A stretch of 42,146 bases of DNA from an uncultured Rhodocyclaceae bacterium (GTDB taxonomy: Bacteria > Pseudomonadota > Gammaproteobacteria > Burkholderiales > Ga0077523). Under the pieces are notes generated by a model. The model worked only from the letters and a program-made list of their open reading frames with translations, was not told where the DNA came from and searched no databases. The translations under genes were made by a program, and so were the position numbers. Positions 39,122 to 42,146 of this stretch are shown here, in pieces (within the stretch, counting starts at the first letter, position 1; each line of letters starts with the position of its first letter). The stretch lies in contig CAZXJW010000002.1 of assembly GCA_964641005.1 (NCBI GenBank), positions 1 to 42,146 on the forward strand, written 5' to 3'.

Positions 39122-40447
39122 TCAGGCCTCGGCGTGGGCGTGGGCCTTGCCGAGCATGGGGTAGAGCGTGCCCTTCGCGTCGAACTTGAACGCCTCGGGC
39201 TCGCCCAGCACCTCGAACAGCGAGGGGTTGGCCTTCACCATGGCCATCATGGGCTCGGAGACGTGCAGGTCGATGATCTGCAGCGTGTTGGGGATGCGCA
39301 CGATCCTCGTGTCCTGGGGCTTCACGCGCACCACCGTCTTGACCGCCAGCTGGATGGCCTCGCGGTCGGTGTTCATGATGATGGGGATCGCCGCGCCGTC
39401 GAGATAGGTGGAGGTGATCACGTTGGCGTAGGTCTTGGCGATGTCCATGTCCTTGTAGAGGCGCATGGTGATGACGTCGGCGGAACCCAGCCCGGTGGCG
39501 TTGCCGTGGGTCTCGGGCGTGAGGCCGAGCACCGCGATCTTCTTCACGAAGGGCTTCATGTTCCACTCGACGTTGCGGCAGTTGCGCCCGGTGATGTTGG
39601 GGTCCATGCCCGAGCCGGAGATGTTCTTGCCGATCTTCTCCACCACCAGCACGTCGATCTCGTCGAACTGCAGGCGCGCCATCATGTCCTTGGCCTTCTG
39701 CTGCAGCACCGGCTCGCGCTCGAAGATGGCCGGGCCGGGCACGGCCTCGATGATCGCAGTCTCGTCGGCGGCGTTCTCCACCATGGCCACGCCCAGCAGC
39801 ACGTTCTTCTTCGCCATGATCAGGTGAGCGGCCTCGGGCAGCAGCCGGCCGAAGGCATCCATGCCCTCGGTGTGCAGCTCGGTGGCGCCGATGATCTTGC
39901 CCATGCCGATGGTCATCATCTTGACGATGCCCGACTCGATGGGGGCGCGGAAGTTGGTGTGCGGCTTGACGCGGCACACCAGCACCACGCCGTCGGCGGC
40001 CGCCGCGAGCTTGTCCATGTAGACCGGCATGCCCGAGGCGAGGCGGCCCAGCTCCACCACCTCCATCTGGGAGTGCACCGGGCAGCCCATGGTCCCCTCG
40101 GTGATGCCGTAGCCCTCGAGCACCTCGCGCTGGCCCTCGGCGGTGGCCCCGCCGTGGCTGCCCATGGCGGGGAAGATGAAGGGCTTCGCGCCCAGCGCCT
40201 TGAGATCGGCGATCACCTGCTTCACGCACTCGGCGATGTTGGCGATGCCGCGGCTGCCGCAGCCCACGGCGATGCTCATGCCGGGCTTGACCTGGGCGCG
40301 CACCTCGGGACGCTGGAACTGGGCAGCCACCTCGGCGGCCACGTCCTTCACGCGCGGGGTCTGGAACTTCTGGCGCACGTGCACCATGCGCGGCAGGGGA
40401 ACGTCGAGTCCGCCCGCGATGTTGGTTTCGATGCGATCGCCGATCAT
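39122..40447 (-). CDS. LarA-family (DUF2088, lactate racemase-like) nickel-pincer-dependent racemase/epimerase homolog; divergent, substrate unknown
   Basis: The 441-aa product has a GGAGG RBS. Candidate catalytic and tether contexts are AMGSHGG and VKPHTNFRAPIESGIVK...ELH. It lies immediately upstream of larC-larE-larB on the same strand. Confidence 0.7.
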   Translation of the reverse strand: MIGDRIETNIAGGLDVPLPRMVHVRQKFQTPRVKDVAAEVAAQFQRPEVRAQVKPGMSIAVGCGSRGIANIAECVKQVIADLKALGAKPFIFPAMGSHGGATAEGQREVLEGYGITEGTMGCPVHSQMEVVELGRLASGMPVYMDKLAAAADGVVLVCRVKPHTNFRAPIESGIVKMMTIGMGKIIGATELHTEGMDAFGRLLPEAAHLIMAKKNVLLGVAMVENAADETAIIEAVPGPAIFEREPVLQQKAKDMMARLQFDEIDVLVVEKIGKNISGSGMDPNITGRNCRNVEWNMKPFVKKIAVLGLTPETHGNATGLGSADVITMRLYKDMDIAKTYANVITSTYLDGAAIPIIMNTDREAIQLAVKTVVRVKPQDTRIVRIPNTLQIIDLHVSEPMMAMVKANPSLFEVLGEPEAFKFDAKGTLYPMLGKAHAHAEA

Positions 40448-40565
40448 GCTTCACCCCTCCGATGATTGTGTGCGCGTGCCCGCCGCTGCCGGCGGCCCGG
40501 CGGGAGACGCCGCTGCGTGCCCGCCACCGCCCCCCCTCTGGCCGGGGTCCCGCATTTTGCCACCC

Positions 40566-42011
40566 TCAGGGGGAGGCCGCCATTTCGCCGTAGAGGGCGA
40601 GGTAGCGCGCCGCCGAGGCGTCCCAGCTGAAGTCGCGCGCCATGCCGTGACGCTGCAGGGCGCGCCAGGTGCGCCGGTTGCGGAAGGCCGCGGCGGCGCG
40701 GGCCAGCGCCTCCAGCAGCGCCTCGGGCGTGGCCTCCTGGAACAGGAAGCCCGTGGCCGTCGCGTCCGCGAGCGTGGCCGGCGTGCAGTCGGTCACCGAG
40801 TCCACCAGCCCGCCCGTGGCCCGCGCCACCACCGGCGTCCCGTAGCGCTGGCTGTACATCTGGTTCAGGCCCGAGGGCTCGTAGCGGGAGGGCATCACGA
40901 AGACGTCGGCGCCCGCCTCCACGAGGTGGGAAAGCGCCTCGTCGAAACCGGTGACCACGCCCACGTCCCCCGGGTGGCGCGCCGCGAGTTCGCGGAACGC
41001 CGCCTCCATGGGCGCATCGCCCGAACCGAGCACGGCGAGCTGGGCCGGCAGGGCCACCAGCCCGTCGACGGCCTCGATCAGCAGGTCCAGGCCCTTCTGG
41101 TAGGTGAAGCGGCTCACCACCCCGAACAGCGGCTTGCCCGACGCGGGCGACAGGCCCATGCGCTCGCGCAGCGCGGCGCGGTTCTCGTCCTTGCGCGCCA
41201 GCGTGGCGGGACCGTAGCGGCGAGGAATCAGCGTGTCGGCCGCGGGATCCCAGGCCCGGGTGTCGATGCCGTTGAGGATCCCCGTGAGCCGGGCCGAGCG
41301 CCACGCCAGCAGCCCCTGCATGCCGAAGCCGAGCGGCTCGCGCTGGATCTCCACGGCGTAGGTGGGGCTCACCGTGCTGAGCCGGTCGGCGTGGTACAGC
41401 CCTGCCTTGAGGAAGGAGAGGTTGCCGTAGAACTCCACGCCCTCGGGCTTGAACAGCTCCCAGGGCAGCCCGAGCCGGGTCATGGCGGCCGGCGGGAAGA
41501 TGCCCTGGTAGGCGAGGTTGTGGATGGTGAGCAGCGTGGCCGCGTGCGGACCCGGGAGCACCGTCAGCCAGCTCGGCGCGAGCCCGGTCTGCCAGTCGTT
41601 GCAGTGGAGCACCTCGGGCATCCAGTCACGCCCGGGGCGCGCCAGTTCGGCCGCCACGCGCGACAGCAGGCCGAAGCGCAGGTCGTTGTCGGGCCAGTCC
41701 TCGCCGCCCTTCTGCTGGTAGGGGCCGCCCTCGCGGGCGAACAGCGCCGGGCAGTCGAGCACCAGCAGCGGGGTGCCGTCGGGCAGCACCGACTCGAGCA
41801 GTCGCGCCGCGGGAAAGGGCGGCAGTTCCAGCGCGCCGGCCTCGCGGGCGCGGCCGTCCACCCAGCCCAGCACCGCGCCATAGCCGGGCATGAGCACGCG
41901 CACGTCCGCGCCGGCGCGGCGCAGCGCCGCGGGCAGGGCGGCGCTCACGTCCGCCAGCCCGCCGGTCTTCACCAGCGGCGCCGCCTCGGAGGTGGCGAAC
42001 AGCACCTTCAC
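40566..42011 (-). CDS. glgA: Glycogen synthase (ADP-glucose type)
   Basis: The product begins [22 protein letters not shown], with the KTGGL motif, and shows full-length GT5 features. The GTG at 42011 overlaps the upstream gene's stop (GTGA). The ORF-track start at 42083 would overlap that gene. Confidence 0.92.
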   Translation of the reverse strand: MKVLFATSEAAPLVKTGGLADVSAALPAALRRAGADVRVLMPGYGAVLGWVDGRAREAGALELPPFPAARLLESVLPDGTPLLVLDCPALFAREGGPYQQKGGEDWPDNDLRFGLLSRVAAELARPGRDWMPEVLHCNDWQTGLAPSWLTVLPGPHAATLLTIHNLAYQGIFPPAAMTRLGLPWELFKPEGVEFYGNLSFLKAGLYHADRLSTVSPTYAVEIQREPLGFGMQGLLAWRSARLTGILNGIDTRAWDPAADTLIPRRYGPATLARKDENRAALRERMGLSPASGKPLFGVVSRFTYQKGLDLLIEAVDGLVALPAQLAVLGSGDAPMEAAFRELAARHPGDVGVVTGFDEALSHLVEAGADVFVMPSRYEPSGLNQMYSQRYGTPVVARATGGLVDSVTDCTPATLADATATGFLFQEATPEALLEALARAAAAFRNRRTWRALQRHGMARDFSWDASAARYLALYGEMAASP

Positions 42012-42146
42012 GCCGCGGGCTCCAGGATCACCGCCGCGAGCGGCGGCAGCGTGAGCACGATGGACCAGGGCAGGCCCATCCACGCCAGCCGCTCGGCCTG
42101 CACGCCGGCACCGTTGCCGATGTCCGCGCCGCGGTAGTGGCGCGAG
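42008..42146 (-). CDS. 3' end of an unidentified gene (5' part lies outside the window), with a hydrophobic C-terminus
   Basis: The minus-strand frame reads ...[45 protein letters not shown] and then TGA (42008-42010). Third-codon positions are almost all G or C. It is not in the ORF track because it has no start codon in the window. Confidence 0.4.
   Translation of the reverse strand, partial: SRHYRGADIGNGAGVQAERLAWMGLPWSIVLTLPPLAAVILEPAA

Noticed and set aside
36194-40454. Upstream read-through parts of ORFs 35789..37264, 37060..38958 and 37890..40454
   Set aside because: Each long ORF equals a genuine 3' gene (yidB, larE, larC) plus an out-of-frame shadow across the neighbouring upstream lar gene. 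The true starts were set by family N-termini, RBS sequences and GTGA coupling.
40143-42137. 664-aa plus-strand ORF over the glgA region
   Set aside because: It is antisense to glgA, which has the KTGGL motif and full-length homology features. Its composition is R/G/A/H-rich with no motifs.

Overview
This is a gene-dense chromosomal segment of about 70% GC. The gene order (metK, lpxL-lpxL, dapF-DUF484-xerC, hslVU) and a PEP-CTERM protein suggest a betaproteobacterium, but the taxon is an inference. I found no rRNA, tRNA, CRISPR array, transposase or phage genes. Many long ORFs in the track are antisense or out-of-frame shadows typical of high-GC DNA and were rejected.

Layout:
- 1-8346: housekeeping genes. 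These are a DEAD-box helicase 3' end, metK, two lipid A acyltransferases, a GNAT, dapF, DUF484, xerC, an RlmI-like methyltransferase and a histidine phosphatase.
- 8427-12617: a five-gene putative metal-uptake module. It comprises a small secreted His/CxxC protein, a coiled-coil outer-membrane barrel, and a ZnuA-like binding protein, ATPase and permease.
- 12733-18367: an internally duplicated STAS-like protein, hslVU and an alpha-glucan phosphorylase.
- 18405-21433: a GhrA-like dehydrogenase, then a DsrE-like protein followed by a TusA-like::core-MetE-like fusion.
- 29038 down to 21461 on the minus strand: methyltransferase, lipoprotein, PhoD-like phosphatase, DevBCA/MacAB-type exporter and a DUF481 barrel.
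- 29194-34693: a Liv-type ABC importer with fused LivM-LivG, followed by an EctD/PhyH-like dioxygenase.
- 34806-35697: a PEP-CTERM protein split by a frameshift.
- 35789-42146: yidB, larB-larE-larC plus a divergent larA homolog, glgA, and the tail of an upstream gene.

Most notable observations:
- A 99-bp perfect-palindrome MITE/REP-like element with a 6-bp flanking direct repeat sits in frame inside the Tat-type signal peptide of the PhoD-like gene.
- The DsrE-like plus TusA-like::core methionine-synthase-like pair.
- A complete nickel-pincer cofactor (lar) cluster serving a divergent LarA homolog of unknown substrate.
- The atypical metal-uptake module.
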